A DNA stretch of 24,000 nt from Pseudomonas phage vB_PpuP-Pori-2: the sequence record PP496466.1. The stretch is one strand, 5' to 3'. The notes below the pieces were generated by a model. It was not told the DNA's origin, did no database searches, and saw only the letters and a program-made list of their open reading frames with translations. The position numbers and the translations under genes were made by a program. Below, in pieces: positions 23,875 to 24,000 of the stretch (position 1 is the stretch's first letter; the number at the start of each line of letters is the position of its first letter).

Positions 23875-24000
23875 ATGGCTTTGGATCAATACAACGTAAC
23901 GCGGCCCAACGCTAAGAACTTGGGCTCTGACAACCTTGAACTGGTGATTGAAGAATTCACCGGCATGGTCGAAGGCACCATTCAACGTCGCTCTGTGACT
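23875..24000 (+). CDS. Major capsid protein, N-terminus (partial)
   Basis: MALDQYNVTRPNAKNLGSDNLELVIEEFTGMVEGTIQRRSVT..., SD aaggagag; position after scaffold. Confidence 0.8.
   Translation, partial: MALDQYNVTRPNAKNLGSDNLELVIEEFTGMVEGTIQRRSVT

Overview
The window is the left and central part of a T7-like (single-subunit-RNAP) podophage genome, transcribed entirely on the + strand. Order: end of a structural/late region (1-623); about 1.1 kb of non-coding DNA with a phage promoter, purine-rich repeats and two candidate host sigma70 promoters (probable genome-end/early-control region); early genes for small proteins plus a kinase-like protein (1778-6409); a replication/nucleotide block (6515-17232: 2OG-Fe(II) oxygenase-like protein, separate primase and helicase, family A DNA polymerase, putative SSB, 5'-3' exonuclease, endonuclease VII-like, DEDD exonuclease with zinc ribbon, dNTP-hydrolase-like, DNA ligase); an HExxH protein and the phage RNA polymerase (17229-19965); then the start of the morphogenesis block (portal, scaffold, major capsid N-terminus). 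RNAP placement directly before the structural genes is phiKMV-like. Five copies of a near-identical element, TAATTGGCTTACTACTTGG, look like cognate phage promoters; two share the stop codon of the upstream gene and one lies inside a gene. The most distinctive non-textbook signals are: (i) two homologous hairpins with covarying stems (about 2410-2441 and 3910-3945), each starting 3 nt after the stop codon of a tiny uncalled, hydrophobic, translationally coupled ORF; (ii) several further uncalled overlapping micro-ORFs; (iii) a 197-bp out-of-frame overlap encoding both the acidic helicase tail and the first exonuclease motif of DNA polymerase; (iv) an early protein with kinase catalytic motifs and a 2OG-Fe(II) oxygenase-like protein next to the replication genes. 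No CRISPR, tRNA, integrase or transposon is supported.
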